Shown here piece after piece: positions 11,232-24,839 of a DNA stretch of 64,000 nt. This stretch comes from Pachysolen tannophilus NRRL Y-2460 (Eukaryota), in NCBI GenBank assembly GCA_001661245.1, contig KV454013.1, positions 501,981 through 565,980 on the forward strand, read 5' to 3'. Both the position numbers and the translations under genes were made by a program. The notes under the pieces were generated by a model. The model was not told the origin of the DNA. It ran no database searches and saw nothing but the letters and a program-made list of their open reading frames with translations. Position 1 is the stretch's first letter; each line of letters begins with the position of its first letter.

Positions 11232-12572
11232 ATGAGCTTATATAAAGAAGCAGAGCAGTTTCTAGTGTCTGTTGGTTCCAAGCCAAATGGTGGTTCTTTA
11301 CAAAATAGGATATTTGAAGCTTCAAATAATAAGAAAATAAAATCAAACCCAAAACAAGTTTATGCTTTAGTGGTATCGACTCTCAAGTTCAAGCCATATA
11401 TTCAAGAGATAGTCAAGAAATCCAAAATTTTGAAGGTAGAGACAAAATTGAATGAGAGATTATGTTTGTTATTGGTTCATGATTTGCTATTTACTAAAAA
11501 TGGTAGAATTCAGTGTGGTAAGCACCCTTTAAAAGACTCAGTTTTAAGACACAAGACAAGGTTGAATGCAGAATTTATCAAATTGAAATTAAAGCATAAA
11601 GTAACAGATATAAATGAACTAGAAGTGGGTGATATTGTGGATAAGGATCAAACACCGGTTAGGTGGTTTAGGTGTAATACTATAAAGACAACAGCAGAAT
11701 CTTTATTAAAAGAGTTTCAACACTTGACAAGAGTTTACTCTATAGAAGAACTTAAACTTGGTACCATTTACCATGATATTTATATTCCAAATTTGTTTGG
11801 AGTATTTCCGCGGGAGAAAATTACCAATACAGATGCTTATTTGAAAGGAAGGTTGATTATTCAAGATAGAGCATCATGCTTTCCAGCATATATTTTAAAT
11901 CCTAAGCCTAACATCGATAAAGTGATCGATGCATGTGCAGCTCCTGGAAATAAGACAACACATCTTGCTTCTATTTTACAAAATGTTCCAGGGTCAATAA
12001 TAGCTTTTGAAAAAGATGTAAAAAGAGCAAAAATTTTGAAAACAATGTGTGATAAAGCTGGTGGCCTAAAATGTATCTCAGTTCAACAAGGGGATTTTAC
12101 TTCTGTAAATCCTTTAGACTATCCTGAGATAACAGGGTTTGTAGTTGATCCATCTTGTTCTGGAAGTGGGATATTTGGACGTGCATTATATGATGATGAC
12201 TCTGAACAGGATTTAAAAGAAGAAATTGATGAAAATAGATTGATAAAATTATCTGGATTTCAATTTAAGATAGTTAAACATGCATTAAGCTTTCCTAATG
12301 CTAGAAAACTTGTTTATTCAACATGTTCCATTCATGCCCAAGAAAATGAAAGAGTTGTGATTGATTTGTTAAGAGATCCAGATGTTATTAAGAATGGATG
12401 GACATTATCTACTAGAGAAGATGTAATTCCAACTTGGGAAAGAAGGGGTTTTGTTGAAGAATTTAGCAGCTTTGGAGAAGATGCTGTTAAATTAGCTGGT
12501 GGGTGTATAAGAAGTTTACCAAAAATTGATGGAGGAATAGGATTTTTTGCAGCATGTTTCGAAAAAAAATAA
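11232..12572 (+). CDS. RCM1: 25S rRNA m5C methyltransferase (NSUN5 family)
   Basis: IQDRASCFPA, IDACAAPGNKT, VDPSCSGSG, VYSTCSIH motifs. Confidence 0.93.
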   Translation: MSLYKEAEQFLVSVGSKPNGGSLQNRIFEASNNKKIKSNPKQVYALVVSTLKFKPYIQEIVKKSKILKVETKLNERLCLLLVHDLLFTKNGRIQCGKHPLKDSVLRHKTRLNAEFIKLKLKHKVTDINELEVGDIVDKDQTPVRWFRCNTIKTTAESLLKEFQHLTRVYSIEELKLGTIYHDIYIPNLFGVFPREKITNTDAYLKGRLIIQDRASCFPAYILNPKPNIDKVIDACAAPGNKTTHLASILQNVPGSIIAFEKDVKRAKILKTMCDKAGGLKCISVQQGDFTSVNPLDYPEITGFVVDPSCSGSGIFGRALYDDDSEQDLKEEIDENRLIKLSGFQFKIVKHALSFPNARKLVYSTCSIHAQENERVVIDLLRDPDVIKNGWTLSTREDVIPTWERRGFVEEFSSFGEDAVKLAGGCIRSLPKIDGGIGFFAACFEKK

Positions 12573-12608
12573 TATATAATTTCATTTATATTTGCATTAT
12601 ATAGACAC

Positions 12609-13742
<1,134 letters not shown>

Positions 13743-14666
13743 TTAATATTTACCAATGAAAATAATAGAAAAAATATATATATATATATATAATATATAG
13801 ATATATATATGGGCAATCATATTTTGGAAACTGAAAAGTTTGGAAAAGGTGAAAAAAAAAAGTAGCCTGTTCGGGCCTATATCGCATGAAATACGTGCAT
13901 AAAGAAGATACATCATTAATACCGTAAATTTAAAAATTGAATTCTTGTGATTTATGAACCAAGAAATAAAGATTCTAAGGTCAGGGTTGAATAAACTAAA
14001 CTAAACTTTTGAAATTATAAAACATTGTTGAGCAGAAACTGAAATGGTTGAAATCTTTTTTTTTAAAACTTTTGCAAATACCACATTATGGGCTGGTATA
14101 TACGGCGAATTACTGAAATGTAGATTCTCTTATCGAAGTCCCTATTGTTGTGAGAGGAACAAACTGTTGAAAGGTCTGATAAACTATATTTAAAATAATT
14201 TGAAAAAATTGGCTTGTTCCTATTTTCAATTCAATTCGAATTTACATTAAACCTTTTTATTGCGTAGTCTGACAAGTTTACAAATTGCAAATACTCTGCT
14301 GCATTTGTGATAAATAGTCCATTATTTTGAGTTGGTGCTTTGAGAACTCTAAGTAATTGAAAACACAAGACATACGTCTAAGTCTTAAAGCAAAGAGAAG
14401 CCAGAGATTAAAAAAAAGCAAAAAAAAAAAGTTTAAATTTAATCAATGATCAAACCTAAAATGTTTATTCCTAATTACATCTGTTATTATACATACCATT
14501 GGATTTAAAAGCAACTGGTTTATCAATTTTTTTGAAAAATATCTATCTTTTAATCAAATAAAACCCCAAAAATATCCTTCACTACATCTTGCTTTAGAAT
14601 AAGACTTTATCTAAAAAATCAAAGTAGTAAAAGAATTTAAAAGTATCTTAAAAGTTGCAGCTGTTA

Positions 14667-14887
14667 CCCCTAAACATAAATGTGAAACCCCTAATCTTAT
14701 ACGACACCTGACGTCCTCTAGTGGTAGTCAGTGTCATGCCAAAAAAATAAGTAAAAAAAAAAAAAAAAAAAAAAAGTAAGTGTAACATAACAGGGGCTGC
14801 CTTAAAAATTTTAAAAAGCCCTCCAAAAACAGGAATCCTAAAAACCGCCCCTTATGTTTATATTAGGGGCGGTTTTATATTTAGGGG
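14667..14887. promoter_or_regulatory. Cluster of six STRE-type (AGGGG/CCCCT) sites
   Basis: CCCCT at 14667, 14688, 14848; AGGGG at 14792, 14865, 14883. Confidence 0.65.
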
Positions 14888-15077
14888 AGGCCGATTTTCA
14901 AGATTATTTTTTGGGGCTGTAAGAGCTTTTGAGCATTTTAACGAAAGAAAGAAAGAAAAAGCTAAAGAAAGCGGAGAGAGGAAGATATACGTATAAAATT
15001 ATATTGAATTGAGTGGTTTTTAGATGTCAATCATATTAACGATATTTATGAAATAGAAGTTAATAGAAGTTTTTTAT

Positions 15078-15872
15078 ATGATAGAAATGCGTTCTTTGAG
15101 TTTCCAAAGATCTTTTAATTCGTTTTCGAAGGTTTGGAAATCATCATCAAAGAATACTAAAGATATAATTGATCATAAATTTACTCATATACGGAAGGAT
15201 ATACAACATGATTCATTAACTGATTTATTATTGGATATAAATAAGACAGCAAATATTTTGCATAACCCTTCTGATGTGAGAGGTTACTCAAGACCGAAGC
15301 TGAGTGTTGTTTCGAAAGAGCCAGGAGAGATTTTCCATAAATTGAGTGGTGTATTTGATCATTTAATTGAAAAAGATACATTTACTCATAATAATGTTAA
15401 TAATACATCAACTTCAACATTATCTGCATTACAAAAAGGAATTCAGTCTTCTAATGTATCACAGGAAAATAATTCAAGTATTGCCAAGACTGTAACAAAG
15501 ATGAAACTTTCTGATTTTAGTGATCCAAGTTCAAATCCACATTTAAATCCTGAATTAAAAATAACTTCTACTAATACAACAATTATATCAGAAACAACTC
15601 ATAGTAAACGTCAGTTACATGATTTGGATAAGAAAAATCGTTTGGTAAGTAAAAAAATTGATGATCATCAAGTATTCACTTCAAATGCATTTGTTAAAAA
15701 CGAACAAAATTCTCAAATTAATAATAATCAAAAAAAAAAGAGAAAACCTCCAAAAAATAAAACTTATGTTCGAAATTTAGATGCTTCCAGTAATACTACT
15801 ACCACAAATAATAAAGATGATGTACCTTCTGATGATGTGAGGTTGCTCTTATCTTTATTAGACAGAAAATAA
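15078..15872 (+). CDS. Hypothetical protein, possible mitochondrial presequence
   Basis: 264 aa ORF in an AT-rich context; Ser/Arg/Phe-rich N-terminus; no family recognised. Confidence 0.6.
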   Translation: MIEMRSLSFQRSFNSFSKVWKSSSKNTKDIIDHKFTHIRKDIQHDSLTDLLLDINKTANILHNPSDVRGYSRPKLSVVSKEPGEIFHKLSGVFDHLIEKDTFTHNNVNNTSTSTLSALQKGIQSSNVSQENNSSIAKTVTKMKLSDFSDPSSNPHLNPELKITSTNTTIISETTHSKRQLHDLDKKNRLVSKKIDDHQVFTSNAFVKNEQNSQINNNQKKKRKPPKNKTYVRNLDASSNTTTTNNKDDVPSDDVRLLLSLLDRK

Positions 15873-16517
15873 TAATAATAATATTTTTAATAACGAGAAA
15901 TAGAGAGAATGAAAAAAAATATTTCGAATTTGGGTTTGATAACTTTCTAGACTAGTCATGATTTTTTAGAGCTCTAGTAAAATAATGAGGGTTTACATTT
16001 TTTTTAGTAAAGTATTGAAGGTAGGGGAATTAGATATTTTTTTTTTTTTTTGTTTCATTTCATTTTTCATTTTCAGGTTTTCCAATTTTGTTTTCATTTT
16101 TGTTTTTTACTTAATGACTTTTGTTTTATGTCTTTGTTTATGTATTCAATTTACTTACGGGAAGTTTAAAGATCCCATATCTTCCATATCTTCACTAAAA
16201 AAATAAATCTCAGTGTTGACTTTGATCGCCAACTTGTTTGTTGAACGCCATTTAGCAATCTCTTTCTTAACTGTCATCATGTCTATCTACAATAATGATA
16301 TAATATACAGTCTATTAATAATCCTAATTATTATATACATGAGCATTCTCAATCAAAAATTAAAAACTTTTAACTCTATACGTTGAATCTAGATCTAAAA
16401 TGAGAAAATCTCTAAATTAACAAAAACAGATATTTCACTTTTTTTAATTTATCATCTCAGACTGATATATCTATGCTCGACAAAAAATTAAGCCAAAAAA
16501 ATCTCAGTTGCACAGGT

Positions 16518-19500
16518 TCACCACCAGTTATAACTCTGAGATTCATTATGATTTCCATTTGAAAGATTTTGTTGATCGCTATTATTTGTTAGTTCTTCGT
16601 TATTTTCCTTCGTAACATTTGTGTCATGAATATCCAAAACAGTAAATAAATTTTCAGACAGTGTTTTCGGATTTTCCAGTTTATTGCCGTTAACTCTTCT
16701 ATTACGGCTTTCATTATCCTCTGTATCATATATCACAGATCCGGATTCATCTAATTTGCATAACTTGCAGTCAAATGCCAATGATTTCTGACGTAATAAG
16801 CTCAAAAAACTTGTTGATAAAGTATATAACTCATTTTCTAATTTCTGCGAGGTGAGATTGTGGTGATTTCCATAAAAAACATAAGTAGAGTCATTTATAT
16901 AATTAATGTTAATCGGTTTCGACAACACTACACCTGGTTTTTTCATAAAAGCTTCGACTAAATCAATAAGACAGCTTTCAATTTCATCCCTAGTGACACC
17001 AAAAAATACATCCCGTATTGCAATAGCATTATAATATGAATGCTTTAAATCAAAATTACCATTTAAATCTACCAACTCTTTAGCATCCATTTCTTTTTTA
17101 AATGCTCTTAAATTTTCTCTTTCTTTCAATTTTGAATAGCATATGTAACCTTCTTCTAAAGTCATAGACGGAGTTTTCGAATTCAACAACTTTGTAATAG
17201 TAACACTTCTTCGTGGTTCTGGATCATGGGATTCTGAATAAAATCCATAAACAGCTGCAAGATTATGAATAAACTGCCTCTGTGCTTTTTTCATTGGTTG
17301 AAAGTGTAATGTCCTTCTCGAAGGCTCACTAGAAATTAACAAGTTCCTCAATTTTTTTTCAATTTCAAGACACCAAGTTTTCTGTCTGAAATAAGTCATC
17401 AAAATATCCTTTGCATAAGGATTTTCCAATTCAAGTAGCTTGCATATCAAATTATCTGGCAAAGAAGTCTTTCTAATATCAATTGAAGATTGTGCATTTT
17501 TCTCTGAAGAAGAAATATTCAACAGTTGAAATAGTTGCTTATTCCTTTCAACTCTAGCACATTCATCATCACAATCTAAAACGTTATTCTCAATTGATGG
17601 CTTTGTCAAGGTGGCCCCACAAGGTAATTCACGTTTTATTCTGTTACATTTACAACGTAAAACTACCATCGTAGAACATGGCAATTTTTCATTACAAGGA
17701 GATGGATAGTGACATTTTTTGTCGTCTAGATGTCCACAGACAGATTTCAGTGCACCACATTTGGATGTACACTTTGTCTGACATTCTCCCGGTTTATGAC
17801 ATGTTTTGAGACATTTATGGCCGCACTTTAATGGTTTCCCACAAACTAAACCACACGATACATGTTGCTGAAAACACATTACATTTTTGACTTCGATTTT
17901 TTTATCACACTGGCATGTCTTTGTTAATAACTTTGTACATTTTGGACATTCTTGATCATTTTCATGACAGTTATGTTGCTCCAACCTATGATCACACAGT
18001 GGCTGCCTTGTGCAAGGATATGGACATGGTGGCAATTTTGTACCACATCTTACTGGAGCTGGTACAACTGTATTTCCACAAGAACAGATCAAGTCTTCAG
18101 CAGATGATTCTAAACATGGATTGCAAGGTCCTACATGACAACTCATTTTGCAGTAATGTATTCCACACAGAAGTAGTTTACCACATTCTCTTGTACAAAT
18201 GTGAACAGCTTCAATCGTCATTGTATCATTTTCAAAACTATTTGTATTTAAAGTGTTTTTCCTAATTTGTTTCTTTCTTTCCCTTTCTCTCTTCATGGCT
18301 ACTTGTTCATAAGAGCAACATTGTCTATTACATCTATGACGACGACAATTTAATAGTGCTTGACATTTATGATGACATCTAGGTTTCCCCTTATCCAATA
18401 CGAATTTACAAGGTACTGAAAACTGTGAATATTGACAACTACAACTTTCCGTTAAAATTTGATAACAAGGTGAGCATTCTCCAGGATGACATTTCCAAAC
18501 ACACTTGTGGCCACAAGTTAATAATTTGCCACATATCTGATCACAACTTGGAATTGGGTCCAAACAAGATTTTCTATGTTGACCATTTAAAATACTTGAT
18601 ATTTGCTGTTTACCACAATAACAATGACTTGCAAGTTCTGGTTTTAACAAACATTTATGATCATTCAGAGGATCTAAGGCATGACAAGTCTTTTCACATC
18701 TATGGTTCCCACAATCTAATAATTCGTTACATATTTCTTCACATTGATATACACCAATCCATGAATTTCCATCTTTATTTATGGATTTTTTGGGAATTCT
18801 TTGATAACAAAACATATCCTTTTGATGTTTTCCACAATAACATTTTCCGACGATGACTTCTTTGCATACACCGCAAGGTCCTGTATGACATGTTTGTTGA
18901 CACTTATGTATTCCACAAGGCATGATATCTCCACAAGGTTCATAACAGCACCATCCTGTTTTGTAAGGAGTTATCACACATGGTAGCTGTTTTTCATTCT
19001 TACCACAGTGACACTTCATTACTGGACCTATAGCACCACATCTCTTAACATGAGGACCGGGATGACAAGGAAATGAGCATCCGTGGGAGCATCCTTCTAA
19101 TTTATGGTTACAAGTATTTGAACAAGAATGTGGATATATGGGATTCAGTGGAGGGTTCATTATTTTTTTACACCAACATGTATAACTCTTTGGGATTTTA
19201 AAATGCTTATTGTTACAACTTGGACATCTCCAAGACCTATCCGATTTCAAAGTGGAAGAACCTTTAGTTGCCCAACTTCTAATACAGTCGAGATCATATG
19301 TTCTGTAGCACACATCACAAGACCAAATCTTGGAATCTGAATCAATTTCACCAGTGCACACTAAACAAGTATATGTTCCATTCTTGATGTCTGTCAATAT
19401 CGAATTTGCCAAAATGGCAACATCATCCGTACCTCGTGAAAATCCAAATTCGTCCTCATCGTCCTCATCGTCCTCGTAGTCTTCATCTTCATCTTCATCT

Positions 19501-19808
19501 TCGTCATCCTCATCATCCTCATCTTCGTCGTCCTCGTCTTCGACATCCTCATCATCTTCTTGGATATCATGAGACAATAATTGCAAATCTTCTCCACCAC
19601 TAAAAATATTTCCAACAACATCCAATCTCTGTTCTACTTCTCTTGTTTCATCGCAATTTCCATCTCGTTGATGCTCTTGTTCTTCATTGTGGCTTTCCTT
19701 TTCATTTTCCTTATGTGAGTAAACAGAATTATTCACAGCGCTTGAATCATCCAAACACAAACCATCGCTTCTAACCTGATCTATCTCACTGCCTCCTCCT
19801 AGCGCCAT
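16518..19808 (-). CDS. FAP1: FKBP12-associated NF-X1 family zinc finger protein (RING, NF-X1 repeats, R3H)
   Basis: CLVC...WSC...WRCPSC RING; many CGxHxCxxxCHxGPC repeats; R3H PMKKAQRQFIH. Confidence 0.93.
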   Translation of the reverse strand: MALGGGSEIDQVRSDGLCLDDSSAVNNSVYSHKENEKESHNEEQEHQRDGNCDETREVEQRLDVVGNIFSGGEDLQLLSHDIQEDDEDVEDEDDEDEDDEDDEDEDEDEDYEDDEDDEDEFGFSRGTDDVAILANSILTDIKNGTYTCLVCTGEIDSDSKIWSCDVCYRTYDLDCIRSWATKGSSTLKSDRSWRCPSCNNKHFKIPKSYTCWCKKIMNPPLNPIYPHSCSNTCNHKLEGCSHGCSFPCHPGPHVKRCGAIGPVMKCHCGKNEKQLPCVITPYKTGWCCYEPCGDIMPCGIHKCQQTCHTGPCGVCKEVIVGKCYCGKHQKDMFCYQRIPKKSINKDGNSWIGVYQCEEICNELLDCGNHRCEKTCHALDPLNDHKCLLKPELASHCYCGKQQISSILNGQHRKSCLDPIPSCDQICGKLLTCGHKCVWKCHPGECSPCYQILTESCSCQYSQFSVPCKFVLDKGKPRCHHKCQALLNCRRHRCNRQCCSYEQVAMKRERERKKQIRKNTLNTNSFENDTMTIEAVHICTRECGKLLLCGIHYCKMSCHVGPCNPCLESSAEDLICSCGNTVVPAPVRCGTKLPPCPYPCTRQPLCDHRLEQHNCHENDQECPKCTKLLTKTCQCDKKIEVKNVMCFQQHVSCGLVCGKPLKCGHKCLKTCHKPGECQTKCTSKCGALKSVCGHLDDKKCHYPSPCNEKLPCSTMVVLRCKCNRIKRELPCGATLTKPSIENNVLDCDDECARVERNKQLFQLLNISSSEKNAQSSIDIRKTSLPDNLICKLLELENPYAKDILMTYFRQKTWCLEIEKKLRNLLISSEPSRRTLHFQPMKKAQRQFIHNLAAVYGFYSESHDPEPRRSVTITKLLNSKTPSMTLEEGYICYSKLKERENLRAFKKEMDAKELVDLNGNFDLKHSYYNAIAIRDVFFGVTRDEIESCLIDLVEAFMKKPGVVLSKPININYINDSTYVFYGNHHNLTSQKLENELYTLSTSFLSLLRQKSLAFDCKLCKLDESGSVIYDTEDNESRNRRVNGNKLENPKTLSENLFTVLDIHDTNVTKENNEELTNNSDQQNLSNGNHNESQSYNWW

Positions 19809-20124
19809 TCCAGATATCTCTATTTATCTCTCAATAGCTCTCAATATAAAATAAACAACAACTCAACAACTTCTATTCTATATCATATATCTCTTTTCTT
19901 ACTACTTCTGCCTGCTCTTCAAAATTTTTCCTCTTATTCGCTTTCCCCCCCCCAAAAACACAAAGTCGTGTTTGTTATATCAAATTTGTTCACTTTAAAA
20001 GATAAAGTAAAATTAAATAAAGAATACAAGTCTCATATATATATATATATATAAATGGTTGTTTAATATAAATCTTGATTTTGAAGTTAATTTATCAAGG
20101 CTATTTTTGTATTTGAAGGAGACA

Positions 20125-20310
20125 ATGGCAGGAGTTAGATCAGAACATCCGTGGAAAAAAAGAGATGCTTGGAGGTACCAGAACCAATTTACTAGAGCTA
20201 ATAGGTTAAAAGGATTATTCCCAGGTTTTGGTTGGGGTCTTGGTGCATTTATCTTGTATTGCGGTTATGAGAAGTTGTTCTTGGAGAATAAGACTTCTGA
20301 ACACCATTGA
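20125..20310 (+). CDS. NADH:ubiquinone oxidoreductase B12 subunit (NDUFB3/NB2M)
   Basis: HPWKKRDAWRY...FTRANRLKGLFPGFGWG plus His-rich tail; ATG at 20125. Confidence 0.88.
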   Translation: MAGVRSEHPWKKRDAWRYQNQFTRANRLKGLFPGFGWGLGAFILYCGYEKLFLENKTSEHH

Positions 20311-20332
20311 ACTAGAAGTCTAGTTTTTTATT

Positions 20333-20371
<39 letters not shown>

Positions 20372-20544
20372 TTCATTTATTCATTCTTGATTGTTTAACA
20401 ATATAGAATTTAGGTATAAACAGACAGGAAGAAAGAAAGAGAGACATGTACAGAAGATATGTTTCGAAATCATTTATTACAAAAAAAGTAATAATAAAAA
20501 ATAAAAAAAAAAAGTTTTTAACTAACACCTATTAATTTCAGCAA

Positions 20545-21732
20545 CTAACTAGCTGTTGTTTCATTTTGTAAATTTATCAATTCTGTCTTTTTAGTTTTTA
20601 AAAATTGTTCTAAAGTCAGCACTTGTTGTTCAATATCGTCGATATCTGATTTGACGTTAGACATCCCACCAGTAGAGCCATTGGAGCCATTACTTGTTGA
20701 TATTTTAGCCAATTGAGATTCCTTATATTTCAATAATTGCTCAAATTCATATTTGGTTAAACCAATCTTATCATCTTCTATACGTGGGTTACGCCTTTTC
20801 TCTGCTGCTTCTTCAGCTTTTGAAATCAAATTTTCTAAATCTTTTAATTTTCTTCTCAATCTAACTTCATCCCAATCTGTATCCTTTGTTGATTCAAAAT
20901 CTGTTCCTCTATCAATCCCATTTACACCATTAATAGAACCAGTACCAGAAGGCGTGATTCTATTTAAATAATCATCTGCAAAAGAATGCTTGTTTTTCAA
21001 AGATGTGGGTCTTCTAATATCACCTTGATGGGAATTTATATCATAATCTGGTGTTTCTCTAGAAAAAGTTGCTCTTAATGAAGCTGGAATATTTCTTGGA
21101 ATTCTTTTACCATTTGAACGTTGATTTAAAATATGTAAAAAGACAAGGCATTGATCTTTATCTATGGTCTCATATTGTTTAGGATTGACTATATTCCATG
21201 CAGAACTAATATCTGTTCTTGGTACATTTCCTAAAGTCTTGTATAAACCATCTAAGGAATCAAATGTAACTCTTCCAAACCTATCAGAAGAAGTCGTGTA
21301 AACAGATTCATAGGTTGATTTATCCGTTGGCGAAATATACCATTCAAAATTATCAGATAGTTTTAAATCATCATCTTCATCTGATGATGGATAATTGTTA
21401 TTACCAGAACTTATAGCTTTATCAGCTTGTACCAAATGCAGTTTTGAACCAGGAACTAACCAATCTGGAAGAGAATCAGGTATAGATGATATATTACCAT
21501 TCACAGAATCAAATATTAATCTCATCGCAATACAAAACTCTTCAAAATCTAATGACCCATCTGTATCAATATCTGATAAATCCCATATCTTAGTTAATTT
21601 ATCCTGAGGTAATTTAGAGTTGTTAAAAATCTGTTTAACTTTATCACCACTTAGTTTATTGTTTACTGGCTTTAAACCGCTAAATATTTCCCAATATTTT
21701 TTAATTTCCCATTCTTCTAATTTCGGAGACAT
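20545..21732 (-). CDS. END3: EH-domain endocytosis protein
   Basis: MSPKLEEWEIKKYWEIF; EH motif IWDLSDIDTDGSLDFEEFCI; TDWDEVRLRR. Confidence 0.95.
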   Translation of the reverse strand: MSPKLEEWEIKKYWEIFSGLKPVNNKLSGDKVKQIFNNSKLPQDKLTKIWDLSDIDTDGSLDFEEFCIAMRLIFDSVNGNISSIPDSLPDWLVPGSKLHLVQADKAISSGNNNYPSSDEDDDLKLSDNFEWYISPTDKSTYESVYTTSSDRFGRVTFDSLDGLYKTLGNVPRTDISSAWNIVNPKQYETIDKDQCLVFLHILNQRSNGKRIPRNIPASLRATFSRETPDYDINSHQGDIRRPTSLKNKHSFADDYLNRITPSGTGSINGVNGIDRGTDFESTKDTDWDEVRLRRKLKDLENLISKAEEAAEKRRNPRIEDDKIGLTKYEFEQLLKYKESQLAKISTSNGSNGSTGGMSNVKSDIDDIEQQVLTLEQFLKTKKTELINLQNETTAS

Positions 21733-22366
21733 TTTGTCTTCTTTCTTTTTCCCCTAACCTTCTCACTCCAAATAAACAACCAAGATATTTAAATAGAAAA
21801 AAAAAAATTGAGCGTACAAAATTATAAATATATATATATATATATATATCGATCAATTAAAATATACTTGTTTATTAAAAAGAGTATAAACTATATGAAA
21901 GTTTCAACAGTTTTCACAGTAAAAGTACACGACTGTTTTATCCATTACAATTAACATTAAAAGATAAAAGATAAAAGATAACTTCAATTACATGAATATA
22001 TATATATATATATATAGATAATAAATAAGTATTATTAATTGAAATAAGAATAATAAAAATAATAAAAATAAAAATAATAATAATAATAATAATAATAAAA
22101 TAATGAAATCAAATGATAAATGATACTATATATATAAAAATTGCTTGTGGATGAAAAATAAGAACAAACGAAAACGCACGCATATAAAATTACTTAACAG
22201 AGAAACAAACAAAAAGAAACCCAATATACTCAACTATTATAACCTAATTATTATTTTTTTTTCTGCTTTTTTCTTGTCCGGTTTTCAGTTTATTTTATTT
22301 TTTTTTTTTTTTTTTTTTCTTGCATCACTTATTCTTTTTCCGCAAAGATCAAATTATTTAATTTAT

Positions 22367-24709
22367 TTATTTACTCTTGTGAGCGGCAGCCATCTTGTTC
22401 AAAGCTGAACCATACTTGAACCATTCAATTTGTTGAGCATTGTAAGTGTGAGACAATGGAGTTTCCCAAGCTTCACCGTTCTTTGGGTGAACTCTCATGG
22501 TCAAGTTCTTACCTGGAGCAAGTTCAGTTAAACCAATGATATCAATTTCATCATCTGGGTTAATCTTTTCGTAAGCAGACTTGTCAACAAAGTTTAATGG
22601 TAATAAACCTTGTTTCTTCAAGTTAGTTTCGTGAATTCTGGCAAACGATTTAGTAATGATAGCAAAACCACCCAAGTATCTTGGTTCCAAAGCAGCATGT
22701 TCTCTTGAAGAACCTTCACCAAAGTTTTCGTCACCAATAACAACCCATCTGATACCCTTGTCACGGTAGTCAGCAGCAGTAGCTGGAACACCCTTGTATT
22801 CACCTGTGTAATGGTTCTTAACATAGTTAGCCTTACCGTTTTCAGCGTTAATAGCACCAATCATATAGTTGTTAGAAATGTTTTGCAAGTGACCTCTGTA
22901 TTTCAACCATGGACCAGCCATTGAGATATGATCCGTGGTAGTTTTACCTAATGATTTAATCAAAATTGGTAATTTGAAAGCATCTTTACCATCCCATGGT
23001 TTGAATGGTTTTAATAATTGTAAACGGTCAGAAGTTGGAGAAACCAGAACAGAAACTTGAGATCTATCCTTTGGTGGAGCTTGATAGGTATTTTCACCCT
23101 TATCGTAACCTCTTGGTGGTAAACCAACACCATGAGGTGGTTTCAACATAAATTCATTTCCGTTAGCATCCTTCAATTTATCAGTAGCTGGGTTGAATCT
23201 TAAATCACCAGCAATAGCATAAGCGACAACCATTTCTGGAGAAGTGACGAATGAGTGAGTTTGTGGGTTACCATCGTTTCTTGAAGTAAAGTTTCTGTTG
23301 AATGATGAGACAATAGTGTTCTTGTCACCTTTCTTAATATCTTGTCTATCCCATTGACCAATACATGGACCACAGGCATTAGCTAAAACCTTACCACCAA
23401 ATTCTTCAAAAATATGTAATTGACCATCTCTAGCAATTGTAGCTCTAATTTGTTCAGAACCTGGAGAAACAGTGAATAAAGTCTTTGCCTTAACACCATG
23501 AGAAGCAGCATCTTCAATAATAGAAGCAGCTCTGGTCATATCTTCATAAGAAGAGTTGGTACATGAACCAATCAAACCAACTCTAACATCAACTGGCCAG
23601 TCATTAGCAATGGCTACGTCCTTCATCTTTGAAACTGGAGTAGCTAAATCTGGAGTAAATGGACCATTAATATGTGGTTCTAAAGTATTCAAGTCAATTT
23701 CAATAACTTGATCATATTCACAACCTTTGTCAGCAGACAAGTATTCTTTTTGATAAAGTTTAGCAAAATCAGCGATTTCACCTCTACCAGTAGCGTTTAA
23801 GAAATCAACCATAGAATGGTTGAATGGGAAAACTGATGTTGTAGCACCAATTTCGGCACCCATATTACAGATAGTACCCATACCAGTACATGAGAAAGTG
23901 TCAACACCATCACCGAAATATTCAACAATAGCACCGGTACCACCTTTAACAGTAGTTATACCTGCTAATTTCAAGATAATATCCTTTGGTGAAGTCCAAC
24001 CACTCATCTTACCGGTTAATTTAACACCAATAATCTTTGGAGCCTTCAATTCCCATGGCAAGTTGGCCATAACATCAACAGCATCAGCACCACCAACACC
24101 AATAGCCAATTGACCCAAACCACCAGCATTTGGAGTATGGGAATCAGTACCAATCATTAAAGCACCTGGGAAAGCATAGTTTTCCAAGACAATTTGATGA
24201 ATAATACCAGATCCTGGACCCCAGAAACCAATGTTATATTTAGCACAAGAAGTAGCCAAGAAATCATAAACTTCCTTGTTTAAACTAATGGCTCTAGCTA
24301 AATCAGCTGGACCACCTTTTTGAGCTTGAATTAAATGATCACAATGAACTGTAACTGGTGTAGCAACTGAAGGCATACCAGCAGACATAAATTGTAAAAT
24401 GGCCATTTGTGCAGTAGCATCTTGACATGCAACTCTATCTGGTCTTAATTTCAAGTATGAAACACCTCTTTCAATTTCTTGACCATGTGGATCATCTAAA
24501 TGAGCATATAAAATTTTTTCTGCATAAGTTAATGGTCTATTTAATCTACCCTTGACAACTTTTAAATTTTCCAATTGTTTCTTATATTGAATAAATGAAT
24601 GATCTTCTAAAAGATTCATATGGACTTTTGAGTCCGGTGTTAACTGTGAAACACTAGCTAATCCACGAGTTAAACGTGGTGCTCTTGATAAACTTCTGGC
24701 TGCCAACAT
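22367..24709 (-). CDS. ACO1: Mitochondrial aconitate hydratase
   Basis: [46 protein letters not shown]. Confidence 0.97.
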   Translation of the reverse strand: MLAARSLSRAPRLTRGLASVSQLTPDSKVHMNLLEDHSFIQYKKQLENLKVVKGRLNRPLTYAEKILYAHLDDPHGQEIERGVSYLKLRPDRVACQDATAQMAILQFMSAGMPSVATPVTVHCDHLIQAQKGGPADLARAISLNKEVYDFLATSCAKYNIGFWGPGSGIIHQIVLENYAFPGALMIGTDSHTPNAGGLGQLAIGVGGADAVDVMANLPWELKAPKIIGVKLTGKMSGWTSPKDIILKLAGITTVKGGTGAIVEYFGDGVDTFSCTGMGTICNMGAEIGATTSVFPFNHSMVDFLNATGRGEIADFAKLYQKEYLSADKGCEYDQVIEIDLNTLEPHINGPFTPDLATPVSKMKDVAIANDWPVDVRVGLIGSCTNSSYEDMTRAASIIEDAASHGVKAKTLFTVSPGSEQIRATIARDGQLHIFEEFGGKVLANACGPCIGQWDRQDIKKGDKNTIVSSFNRNFTSRNDGNPQTHSFVTSPEMVVAYAIAGDLRFNPATDKLKDANGNEFMLKPPHGVGLPPRGYDKGENTYQAPPKDRSQVSVLVSPTSDRLQLLKPFKPWDGKDAFKLPILIKSLGKTTTDHISMAGPWLKYRGHLQNISNNYMIGAINAENGKANYVKNHYTGEYKGVPATAADYRDKGIRWVVIGDENFGEGSSREHAALEPRYLGGFAIITKSFARIHETNLKKQGLLPLNFVDKSAYEKINPDDEIDIIGLTELAPGKNLTMRVHPKNGEAWETPLSHTYNAQQIEWFKYGSALNKMAAAHKSK

Positions 24710-24808
24710 TTTTTCCTCTCCTTTTCCTTCAACTGAATATTATATATAATATATAGCGCCTTTAATTTAATTCTTTTAAGAAGAAAAAAAAAAAGAAAAA
24801 ATAAGAAA

Positions 24809-24839
<31 letters not shown>

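Noticed and set aside
16167..16280. 37-codon minus-strand ORF MMTVKKEIAKWRSTNK... downstream of FAP1
   Set aside because: Short, no recognisable motif and no supporting splice structure
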